Virus record (IMG/VR): IMGVR_UViG_3300013102_000003
Span: 70,644-134,643 of that record
DNA: 64,000 nt
Reading direction: 5' to 3' (one strand)
Source of the DNA: a virus
Lineage: Duplodnaviria > Heunggongvirae > Uroviricota > Caudoviricetes
Below the pieces are notes generated by a model. The model made no database searches. It worked only from the letters and a program-made list of their open reading frames with translations, and had not been told where the DNA came from. The translations under genes and the position numbers were made by a program. Shown here piece after piece: positions 44,273 through 52,080 of this stretch (positions are counted from its first letter, which is position 1; each line of letters begins with the position of its first letter).

Positions 44273-44329
44273 ACTCTAGTGTATGTATGCCTTATGTGCA
44301 AGATGTGAATCACTATGAATTTTTGTAAA
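44273..44329 (-). promoter_or_regulatory. variant box + promoter heading the leftward block
   Basis: TTTACAAAAATTCA; TTGCAC-17-TAGAGT. Confidence 0.7.
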
Positions 44330-44601
44330 TGTTTTCCACAATGAATGAAGTCTCGAAGAGGTTGTGTAGGTTGGGCGCTGAGCACAATGATCTAAAGACA
44401 CATGACGTAATGAAACATTGTAAGACTTGACAGGTGGTGTGCGGATGCGGTACGGTTGAAGGGTGCGGAGCCTTTCTCGAAACTTTTGGGGCACTTTTCT
44501 GGAGGGCAGCACTAGCCAACTTTTCAAAATAGCAAAATTTAAAACTCAATATACCGCCTTGTCAACTTGTCAACCCGCCACCACCATGCTAAGCTGTTCC
44601 C

Positions 44602-44808
44602 ATGAAACAGCCCAACTGGAACGCAACGTTCACCCACGCCCTCGAAATCCGCCAATTCCGTGCTACCCCCGAGGCGCAGCAGGACTACCGCGACATGATC
44701 AGCAAGCTCATCAATGAGGGCGGCTCCTTCGCCGTCTCTGACGGAGCGCTCTGGCTCTCTGCCTACTCCCTGACCGTCGTCCGCGACTACCTCAACCTGC
44801 CCAAGTAG
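44602..44808 (+). CDS. hypothetical protein (leaderless)
   Basis: TAAGCT 44590-95, ATG 6 nt later. Confidence 0.7.
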   Translation: MKQPNWNATFTHALEIRQFRATPEAQQDYRDMISKLINEGGSFAVSDGALWLSAYSLTVVRDYLNLPK

Positions 44809-44843
44809 TTGCATCCGGCCAGAAAGCCTGATACAATCGACCA

Positions 44844-45230
44844 ATGAAAACAATCGAAGAGCGTCTTGACCGCATCGAGCAGATCCTGAAGGACAACAAA
44901 CAGCACGAACGCATCTGTCCGGCCCATCTTACGGCCTCCGACATGTCCACGCCGTTCGGCGGAATGTTCACGTCACAGCGCGAAGCCTCCTGTGACTGCT
45001 GGATCTCCCAAGCCAACCCGTCTCTCGACCCCACAACAGGCTACGGGATCTACGAGAAGGACATCCAAACCCTGTGGCAGTCCATTTTCCCGTCCCGTTA
45101 CGACGCCGTCGAGTATCTTGTGGCCGTTGACACCGTCACCCGAGACCCCAAGGCCGACAACTACTGGGGAAAACAGTACCTCATCATTGAGGTCGCCGCC
45201 AAAAAGAAAGAAGACACCCTTAATGATTGA
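44844..45230 (+). CDS. hypothetical protein
   Basis: ORF with phage-like codon usage. Confidence 0.75.
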   Translation: MKTIEERLDRIEQILKDNKQHERICPAHLTASDMSTPFGGMFTSQREASCDCWISQANPSLDPTTGYGIYEKDIQTLWQSIFPSRYDAVEYLVAVDTVTRDPKADNYWGKQYLIIEVAAKKKEDTLND

Positions 45231-45552
45231 AATTTACGACCGCGCCGAGTTCAAGGACAAGTTCGCGCACCTCATGGCGGCTGACATTAGCCTCATGCAG
45301 TCCGGAATCGACCCCAAATCCGACATCATGTCCCGTGTCATCGACGCTTTCCTCGACCAGTTCAAGGCAGCGACTCCGGCCCGTGCCGAAACGGCTCCTT
45401 ACGGCTGGATTATTCGTGACCGGTGGGACAACCGGGAGATCCCAGCCTTCGCGGGTGTCCTGTACGAGTCCGAAGAGGTCGCAATCGCCACCATTGAGCA
45501 GGCGTACACCCGCCCGGACTTCAACGAGTTCAATCTTATCGCCGTGTACTGA
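45223..45552 (+). CDS. hypothetical protein
   Basis: overlapping ORF. Confidence 0.75.
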   Translation: MIEIYDRAEFKDKFAHLMAADISLMQSGIDPKSDIMSRVIDAFLDQFKAATPARAETAPYGWIIRDRWDNREIPAFAGVLYESEEVAIATIEQAYTRPDFNEFNLIAVY

Positions 45553-45695
45553 TGACAGAGCCGATCCCAGCCGCCGAGACCCCGATTTACACCCAACTGC
45601 TCAAGGAATACCGCGCCCACGAGGCTCTGCTAAACCTTTCCGAGTACTGGGACCTTTCCCGCCCAGCAGAAAGTGAAGTTCATGACCCAAAATGA
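45552..45695 (+). CDS. hypothetical protein
   Basis: TGATG overlap, 47 aa. Confidence 0.55.
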   Translation: MTEPIPAAETPIYTQLLKEYRAHEALLNLSEYWDLSRPAESEVHDPK

Positions 45696-45963
45696 CGAAA
45701 ATCGCATCACACCGTCCTCGATATTCCTCGATGTGCAGCACAAGGTCGAAAACCGGCACCAGTACAGCGCCGCAGAAGCCAAAATTGACTTCCAGCGGCT
45801 CTTTACCGCGCTCCGGGCCTCCCTTTCGGAGACGGAACAGCTAAAAGCCCAAGTGAAGTCCGCCGATGACCTGCTGATGGAGCAGGAAATCGAGATTTTC
45901 AACAAAGACCTCGAAATCTTCAACGCCTTGACCCAATTCGACACCCTGAAAGAGAAAAAATGA
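45682..45963 (+). CDS. coiled-coil hypothetical protein
   Basis: packed ORF. Confidence 0.7.
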   Translation: MTQNDENRITPSSIFLDVQHKVENRHQYSAAEAKIDFQRLFTALRASLSETEQLKAQVKSADDLLMEQEIEIFNKDLEIFNALTQFDTLKEKK

Positions 45964-46283
45964 GAGAACCCATCACCGTACCCGCCGATTTCTCCGAGAA
46001 CATCCAGAAAACCCTCGAAGTCATCGATATTCTGCACAAAATGTCCGGTCACGTCTCCGAAACCCACCTTGAGTGGCTTTTCACCAACGTCCGGAACCTC
46101 GAATCGCTCACCCACGCCACGGCAACCTTCACAAACATTGCCGACACGTTCGTGGAAGAGCTTCAGGACAAGATCGCGGCCAAGTGCGACGAAATTGATG
46201 ACCTGAACGAAATCATTTCCGACCGCGAAGACGAAATCCGCACCCTGTCCCATGAACTTGACGAGGCCCGTGCCAATGACTGA
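45960..46283 (+). CDS. coiled-coil hypothetical protein
   Basis: ATGA overlap. Confidence 0.75.
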   Translation: MREPITVPADFSENIQKTLEVIDILHKMSGHVSETHLEWLFTNVRNLESLTHATATFTNIADTFVEELQDKIAAKCDEIDDLNEIISDREDEIRTLSHELDEARAND

Positions 46284-46776
46284 CGCCTTCCCGACTCCGT
46301 CAGGCCAAACCATCCTCCTGACCCCCATGGAAGAGAACAGCCTCAAAGCCGCCACCATCGGGCAGTTTCTGGGCTGTCTGACCGGCAAAATCTTCTCCCG
46401 TGACGGCCTGTACGGCGGCACGGAGACTTTTGCCCAGAACCAGTGGGAGGAAGACCTCGCGTACGCCCTTGTACTGCACGGGCACATCGAAGGGACCATC
46501 TCCGAGGCCGCAGAACTGGTGCATTTCAATGCCAACCAGTTCGATGATGCCTTGAAAGCTGCCACCGCCCTCCTACGTGACGCGGACTACTCCACACTCG
46601 CCCTTCCGCCCGAGCCGAAGGAGTATTACCTGATCGAATTCTCCAAAGAAGGCGATATCTTGGATCAGGAGGGCAACCCTTACCACAAGGAAAGCGCAAA
46701 AGCCCTGCTGAAACTCAACTATTCCGGGCGTTACGACACGGGCTGGCGCATCGTCCACATCCCTTCCGTAACCTAG
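46276..46776 (+). CDS. hypothetical protein
   Basis: GAGG SD. Confidence 0.75.
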   Translation: MTDAFPTPSGQTILLTPMEENSLKAATIGQFLGCLTGKIFSRDGLYGGTETFAQNQWEEDLAYALVLHGHIEGTISEAAELVHFNANQFDDALKAATALLRDADYSTLALPPEPKEYYLIEFSKEGDILDQEGNPYHKESAKALLKLNYSGRYDTGWRIVHIPSVT

Positions 46777-46811
46777 GTCACACCAAAAATCTGTTATACT
46801 AAAGGAACACG

Positions 46812-46851
46812 AATAGACGCTCCCACACCAAGGGGCGTCTATTTCTTTTTG
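46812..46851 (+). terminator. intrinsic terminator
   Basis: ATAGACGCTCC/GGGGCGTCTAT+TTCTTTTT. Confidence 0.75.
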
Positions 46852-46874
46852 TAGACAGATAGGAGGGTATCTAG

Positions 46875-47210
46875 GTGGAGAAGTTTTTTGACATACTAGG
46901 CACCGCTGGATACCCGAGTGGCATTGTGGGAATCGTTCTGATGCTCCTGTTTTACCTACGTAAGCAGGAGTCGGGGGTCCGAACTGACATCAATGGATCA
47001 CTCCAGAGACTCACAGCCGAAAATCTCGACCTTAGGGAAGAGCTAGACGCTGAAAAAGACGCACGTAAGGACGAAAAACGCGAACTAGAAGCGGAAATTG
47101 ATTCGCTACGTGCACAACGCAGAGAAGCGGAAGACCGCGAAGTCCAGCAGAGGCGTCGAGCCGACGCTGCTGAGGCCAGACTAGGAGATATTGATGCAGG
47201 ACACGTATAA
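46875..47210 (+). CDS. TM + coiled-coil protein (lysis-cassette type)
   Basis: AGGAGGG SD; N-terminal TM. Confidence 0.75.
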   Translation: MEKFFDILGTAGYPSGIVGIVLMLLFYLRKQESGVRTDINGSLQRLTAENLDLREELDAEKDARKDEKRELEAEIDSLRAQRREAEDREVQQRRRADAAEARLGDIDAGHV

Positions 47211-48063
47211 CGAGTCTGCTCTCGAAATGAGACTAAAGCAGCTTAGGAAGTACATTACACTAGGGCTGGTGGGCGTTCTTGCCATCTGTGCTCTGATGAC
47301 GGCGTATATGGGCAATCTGAAGCAGTCGGAGAACGTTGCGCAGTCCAACCAGCAGGCACAGGCCCAGATCGCCATCGATTCGGATGTGTGCCGGGTCTAC
47401 CCGGATCAGGAACTGTGTGTGCTGGCCCGTAAGATCGCCGCCAACCCGACTGAGGCAGTTACCCCCAAGGACGGCGCACAGGGCGAGCAGGGGCCGTCAG
47501 GGCGCGGCGTATCAACGTTCTCCACCACACTGACCGGAGACCTTGAGGTCATCTACACGGACGGCCAGAAGGAAAACGTCGGCCACGTGGTGGGCAAGAA
47601 CGGCATTGACGGCACCAACGGCAAGGACGGGCGCGGAATTCTCGCAGCATCCATCGAGAACGGCTCACTCATCGTCCGCTTTTCGGACGGCGTGACCCAG
47701 AATCTCGGAATTGTCACGGGACCGGCAGGCTCCAACGGAACCAACGGAACCAACGGAATTGACGGCGCTACAGGGCCAGCGGGTCCAGCCGGTGCAGCAG
47801 GCAAGGACGGAACCAACGGAACCAACGGTGCTGACGGTATTTCCGTCATTGACCTGAAGGTAGACGATTCCGGTACAGTAACAGTGTACTACAGTAACGA
47901 CACGTCCGCAACTGCCGGTCAGGTCATCGTTTCGGCCATCAAATCCATGACGTGCGACACCTCATCCAACGTCCTCACGATTACCTCCATGGACGGTTCC
48001 ACCGTTTCAGCCACCGTTGACTGTTCCCCGGACAGCATCCCCAACCCGACAAAAACTAACTAG
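47191..48063 (+). CDS. membrane-anchored collagen-like repeat protein
   Basis: one TM; G-X-Y runs (GxDGxNG, GPAGPAG). Confidence 0.8.
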   Translation: MMQDTYNESALEMRLKQLRKYITLGLVGVLAICALMTAYMGNLKQSENVAQSNQQAQAQIAIDSDVCRVYPDQELCVLARKIAANPTEAVTPKDGAQGEQGPSGRGVSTFSTTLTGDLEVIYTDGQKENVGHVVGKNGIDGTNGKDGRGILAASIENGSLIVRFSDGVTQNLGIVTGPAGSNGTNGTNGIDGATGPAGPAGAAGKDGTNGTNGADGISVIDLKVDDSGTVTVYYSNDTSATAGQVIVSAIKSMTCDTSSNVLTITSMDGSTVSATVDCSPDSIPNPTKTN

Positions 48064-48070
48064 GAGCGAC

Positions 48071-48481
48071 ATGTCTCTCATCATTGCGGCAACGGCCATC
48101 TTCGTCATTGCCTCCCCGTTCATCAACGCCTACATCAACAAGGTCAACTGGTCCCCCAAGACCAAGTCCCTCGTGGCATGGGCCGTCGCCATCGTCATTG
48201 CCACTGCCTATGTCCTGCTTACGGGCGGTATCGCCAACATCCAGCAGCTTTTCATTGCTGCACCGGTCATCTACGGTTACTCACAGGCTGTCTACCAGTT
48301 CTTTGTCAAGAACATTGCCACCAAGTTTGAGGCTCTGACCACTCCGGGTTCCGCAGTAGTCACACCTTCTGAAGAGGCCGGTAAGATTGACATTACCTCT
48401 GACCTTACGGTAGAGTCTACTGGAGACAACATCACTGTTGACGCTCCTGTAGAGATCGACGCACCGAAACACCGCGCATAA
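48071..48481 (+). CDS. putative holin
   Basis: TAGGAG SD; 2-3 TM, 'P.I.A.INK..WS...K.LVA' pattern. Confidence 0.6.
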   Translation: MSLIIAATAIFVIASPFINAYINKVNWSPKTKSLVAWAVAIVIATAYVLLTGGIANIQQLFIAAPVIYGYSQAVYQFFVKNIATKFEALTTPGSAVVTPSEEAGKIDITSDLTVESTGDNITVDAPVEIDAPKHRA

Positions 48482-48558
48482 CACCCACACACGAAGGGCG
48501 TTCTCCACAACGGAGAGCGCCCTTTGCCTTTTCCCCGACAAACTGTTAGAATAGAGCC

Positions 48559-48858
48559 ATGACAAACAACACCTACAAGTTCTCAACCCCTGACCACGAC
48601 TTCGTTCTGGTTCCCGACCTCACCGTCCCCAATCTGGTGGCCGTGCAGTCCGAACACCGAGAGGCGGTTGAAGAGTTCCTTGAAACCCTTGAACTGGCCG
48701 GTGTGGCAGAGGGCGAGAGCTTCGAAAACCTGACCATTGAGGAAGACCTGACCGGACAGGTCCCATTCTTCTTCACCGAAGTCACCACGTCCACCCTTGC
48801 CCTGTACACTTCCTTCGAATTCCTCAACTACATGGGAGCAGCTACGCATGTCCTCTAA
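48559..48858 (+). CDS. acidic hypothetical protein (leaderless)
   Basis: TAGAAT 48547-52, ATG 6 nt later. Confidence 0.75.
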   Translation: MTNNTYKFSTPDHDFVLVPDLTVPNLVAVQSEHREAVEEFLETLELAGVAEGESFENLTIEEDLTGQVPFFFTEVTTSTLALYTSFEFLNYMGAATHVL

Positions 48859-49030
48859 CACCCCTGAACCATCCGAAAAGTCCCAGCTAGCCCTGTTCTC
48901 TCTCGTATTCATCGTGGTGGCCCTTCTTCTCTCCGTCGTCGCCATTGCCCTCCCGTCCATTGCCACCCTCGCCGTCGTTTCCGGTCTCGCTGCCGTCCTT
49001 GCGGGCGTCCTGTCCCTCCGAGAACTCTAG
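48848..49030 (+). CDS. membrane protein
   Basis: GGGAG SD; two TM. Confidence 0.7.
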   Translation: MSSNTPEPSEKSQLALFSLVFIVVALLLSVVAIALPSIATLAVVSGLAAVLAGVLSLREL

Positions 49031-49032
49031 CC

Positions 49033-49128
49033 TTGACTCCGGACATCGAAGAGGTACCGGATCTGTATTGCAACTGCACCAACCTACGTTCCGTGCTTGA
49101 GCACGGGGAAGAATATGAGGCCGACTGA
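49033..49128 (+). CDS. possible 31-aa peptide
   Basis: TTG start; TGATG coupling to next gene. Confidence 0.35.
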   Translation: MTPDIEEVPDLYCNCTNLRSVLEHGEEYEAD

Positions 49129-49349
49129 TGGCTGAGAAACAGAAAATCACCGTTGAGTTTGAGCTTGAGATCTTCGAATCTGGCGGTGAACACGAGGTGG
49201 TGCACTTTACCCCTGTATCCATCGACTCCGGAGAGGTCTCGCACCAGCACATGACGTATCTCTTGGAGTACATGAGGGAGGACGATGATGCAACCTTCGA
49301 TCTTGGGTGGGATATGAGGCACGTCCTGAGGGACAAGCTGGAGGGTTGA
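49128..49349 (+). CDS. acidic hypothetical protein
   Basis: GAGG SD. Confidence 0.7.
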   Translation: MAEKQKITVEFELEIFESGGEHEVVHFTPVSIDSGEVSHQHMTYLLEYMREDDDATFDLGWDMRHVLRDKLEG

Positions 49350-49412
49350 CATAGATTGCCGGGTACGGTATGCTTAGGTTACCCGCAGGAACCAACGACA
49401 AAGGAGAAAACA

Positions 49413-49586
49413 ATGCCAAAGTACCGAATCACCGCAATCGTGGACACTGACCACCTCGATCTCCAACCCAACGAGATCGACACGGAAGACCCGTCGTCCG
49501 TTGAGGTCTGGCTCCAGTACGACTCGGGAGACACCCCGTTGAACGAGGTTCTGAACGAGATCAAGGTTGAAAGGATTCCGGACTGA
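49413..49586 (+). CDS. acidic hypothetical protein
   Basis: AAGGAG SD. Confidence 0.75.
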   Translation: MPKYRITAIVDTDHLDLQPNEIDTEDPSSVEVWLQYDSGDTPLNEVLNEIKVERIPD

Positions 49587-49795
49587 TGTACCGCAACGAC
49601 GCCATCACCCTGATCCAGTCCCTGACGGGCCGGAGCATCAGTGATTCCCGGAAGTACCTTGACCGGATCATCGACCTGCACCAGCCCGAGTTCGACAAGC
49701 TGAAGACGAACCTCATGCCGCTTTCCGGCACCAAGTCGTCCCACTTCGAGGGCATTGTCCGGACCTACACCGCCAACAACCAAGGAATTCTGTAA
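49586..49795 (+). CDS. hypothetical protein
   Basis: TGATG overlap. Confidence 0.75.
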   Translation: MYRNDAITLIQSLTGRSISDSRKYLDRIIDLHQPEFDKLKTNLMPLSGTKSSHFEGIVRTYTANNQGIL

Positions 49796-49987
49796 ATGGA
49801 CCGCGATTACGCCATCAAGTACCTCATGTCCCGGCTGAAACTGGCTCAGGATGCTGCCGAGCGCAAGCTGGACAGCCTGATCAACGTCTACGCCCCTGAA
49901 CTGGACGCGATCAGCGTCTCCCACGACACCTCCCTCACCCGTGAGGATGAGGCATACTTCATCCGCATCGTCAACAACGAAAAGTAA
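49796..49987 (+). CDS. hypothetical protein
   Basis: adjacent ORF; weakly similar to previous. Confidence 0.75.
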   Translation: MDRDYAIKYLMSRLKLAQDAAERKLDSLINVYAPELDAISVSHDTSLTREDEAYFIRIVNNEK

Positions 49988-49997
49988 GGATCACAAC

Positions 49998-50267
49998 ATG
50001 TCCAACCTAGTACCGGAATGCACCGGCTTTGTGTCCAAACTCATGAAGAACACCGCATGGGTGCGTCTCAACTTCACCACCGGCTACTCCGAGGACCACC
50101 TGACCCGGAAGGCCAAGCTCTTCCTGATGCAAGAGCTTGCCGTACGGGGCCGTTCAGCCGAGATCAGGGACTTCGACAAGGACTGGGAGGTGGACCGGTT
50201 CAAGTACGCCGTCCCGCTGTTCGGCAAGAACACGGCTCTCGTCTACATGAAGAAGGCCACGAAGTGA
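49998..50267 (+). CDS. hypothetical protein
   Basis: TAAGGA SD. Confidence 0.75.
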   Translation: MSNLVPECTGFVSKLMKNTAWVRLNFTTGYSEDHLTRKAKLFLMQELAVRGRSAEIRDFDKDWEVDRFKYAVPLFGKNTALVYMKKATK

Positions 50268-50464
50268 ACGTCGAACTCAAGGTGTACCGCGACGACAAGG
50301 CCCAGCCGGTCGCTGTGGAAGCCGTCCCGGAACCCTACGGCACACGTGCTGACGCACTCTCCAAGGAGCACCACCTAGGGGCGTTCTTCAGGGAGAACTC
50401 GGGCGGCGAGATCCTGTACGAGAACGGGATGATCTACGTCACCGCACTCCCGGACCCCGAATGA
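50264..50464 (+). CDS. hypothetical protein
   Basis: GTGA overlap. Confidence 0.7.
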   Translation: MNVELKVYRDDKAQPVAVEAVPEPYGTRADALSKEHHLGAFFRENSGGEILYENGMIYVTALPDPE

Positions 50465-50694
50465 TCCTCTACTTCTTCTTGGCATTCGGCCCTCACGCAG
50501 ACGGCAGACAAAAGATTGTCGGAGCAGACAGCGTTGTTCCGGGTGAAGCGGATTTGTTCGCCTTCATCCGGGACTTCGGTGCCAAGGCGGGCATCGGGCG
50601 CTACCGCAGGCTCGACCCCGACCCTGACAGCCCGACGCATGGACAACACCTCTTTGAACGTGGTACTGTTAGCCTGCAAGGTCAATTCGTATGA
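50461..50694 (+). CDS. hypothetical protein
   Basis: ATGA overlap. Confidence 0.6.
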   Translation: MILYFFLAFGPHADGRQKIVGADSVVPGEADLFAFIRDFGAKAGIGRYRRLDPDPDSPTHGQHLFERGTVSLQGQFV

Positions 50695-50909
50695 TCCAAC
50701 TCATCCGCGTCTACAACAAGGACGAACGGGTCATCCGCGCGGAAGCCTACGACCACGACGAGTATCCACCACCGCTCCCTCCACATCTGCGCTGCCGATG
50801 CTTTCCGACGCCTATATGGCGTACGAGACAGGTGGAGCTAAAGCACGAATTTAACCACCACAAGATTACGGTAGAGACGATCTACCTGACACCCCGTAAG
50901 GACACATGA
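50691..50909 (+). CDS. hypothetical protein
   Basis: ATGA overlap. Confidence 0.6.
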   Translation: MIQLIRVYNKDERVIRAEAYDHDEYPPPLPPHLRCRCFPTPIWRTRQVELKHEFNHHKITVETIYLTPRKDT

Positions 50910-51133
50910 AGACCGAAAGATTCATCTACAAGTACAAGACTCCAGACGATGTACAGGGGCCAATCTCTGACTGGGCGGTATCCCTCGTTGCCCTCAACGC
51001 CTTTGTCACCAGACTGAAGCTGTCTGGCCGTACCCGCGAAGCAGACAAGAGCTTGTGGTCCGGTAAGACCCTCAAGCAGGAGAAAACCGGGAAAAATTCG
51101 TACACCGCCACCATCATCTTCACCAAAAAGTAA
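50906..51133 (+). CDS. basic hypothetical protein
   Basis: TAAGGA SD. Confidence 0.7.
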   Translation: MKTERFIYKYKTPDDVQGPISDWAVSLVALNAFVTRLKLSGRTREADKSLWSGKTLKQEKTGKNSYTATIIFTKK

Positions 51134-51139
51134 GGACAC

Positions 51140-51661
51140 ATGACTTTCTCAATCCAGCAGGGCGATCTCTTCGACCCTGATTTCGAATTCGACGCCCTCG
51201 CACAGGGCGTCAACACGTACGGCGTTATGGGCGCTGGCATTGCCGTCCCCTTCCGTGAGAAGTGGCCCGAAATGTACGAGGACTACAAGAAACTCTGCCA
51301 GAAGCACGGAATGGCCCTAGGCGGTCTGGTCCACATCTGGATTCCGGAGCCTAGTGCAGAAGTCGGGAAGGGAGAGGACGGTAGTCCAGTCATGTATGTT
51401 GATCTGGGCACGGTCATCTACAACATGTTCTCCCAGCTTGCGCCCGGACGCAACGGGAACTACGAACTGCTCCGCAAGGCCGCGATCATGGTCCGTCAGG
51501 ACGCCGAGTCTCAGGGCTTTGAGCGTGTCGGCCTGCCGTGGATCGGCTGCGGCCTCGCCGGTCTGGAGAAGCACAACGTGGAGCACATTTTTGAGACCGT
51601 CTGGGGCGATTCCGAGGTAGACTTCATCCTCATCCAGCAGGCCGAAATCATGCAGCCATGA
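51140..51661 (+). CDS. macrodomain protein (Poa1p/TARG1-like ADP-ribose processing)
   Basis: GDLF, AQGVN..GVMGAGIA..F, LPWIGCGLAGL. Confidence 0.85.
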   Translation: MTFSIQQGDLFDPDFEFDALAQGVNTYGVMGAGIAVPFREKWPEMYEDYKKLCQKHGMALGGLVHIWIPEPSAEVGKGEDGSPVMYVDLGTVIYNMFSQLAPGRNGNYELLRKAAIMVRQDAESQGFERVGLPWIGCGLAGLEKHNVEHIFETVWGDSEVDFILIQQAEIMQP

Positions 51662-51846
51662 TAGAGTTCCTTACATACCCGCTTATACTCCTTCTCACCG
51701 TCTACCTGCTCTTCAGGTACCTCTCCAGCCCTCCGCTGGTCAGGGCCAAGCAGGAAGCTGATTTCAACCGCGCCCACGCCATACTCCCTGAGGGTGAGTG
51801 CTGCTGTGGTAGGATGTCGCCCAGCCGGAAGGATCTACAGCCGTGA
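51658..51846 (+). CDS. small membrane protein
   Basis: ATGA overlap; N-terminal TM. Confidence 0.6.
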   Translation: MIEFLTYPLILLLTVYLLFRYLSSPPLVRAKQEADFNRAHAILPEGECCCGRMSPSRKDLQP

Positions 51847-52049
51847 TCGAAACAACCGAAGCACCGAAAATCAAGTACAAGATCAACCGCAAAGACTACG
51901 AGGACCGCGAGGTGTCCGCCCACACGGTGCTCTTCGAGCGCACCCACGTGGTGTTCATCGAAGTGACCGGACAGGTCATTTGCGCCTTCCGCGCCCAAGA
52001 CGTAATCTCCGTAATCCGCATACCCAGCGAAGTGCGCGGCCCCAATTGA
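51843..52049 (+). CDS. hypothetical protein
   Basis: GTGA overlap. Confidence 0.7.
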   Translation: MIETTEAPKIKYKINRKDYEDREVSAHTVLFERTHVVFIEVTGQVICAFRAQDVISVIRIPSEVRGPN

Positions 52050-52080
52050 CACCCGTACGGAAAGGCTATAGACTAAACCC

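Noticed and set aside
29299-44329. Integron attC array
   Set aside because: GTTACAA does not fit GTTRRRY, there is no RYYYAAC inverse core, the box lies outside the hairpin, each unit has its own promoter, and no IntI-like integrase is in the window.
47191-48063. Tail fibre call for the collagen-like protein
   Set aside because: It has an N-terminal TM anchor and sits between membrane genes, away from structural genes.
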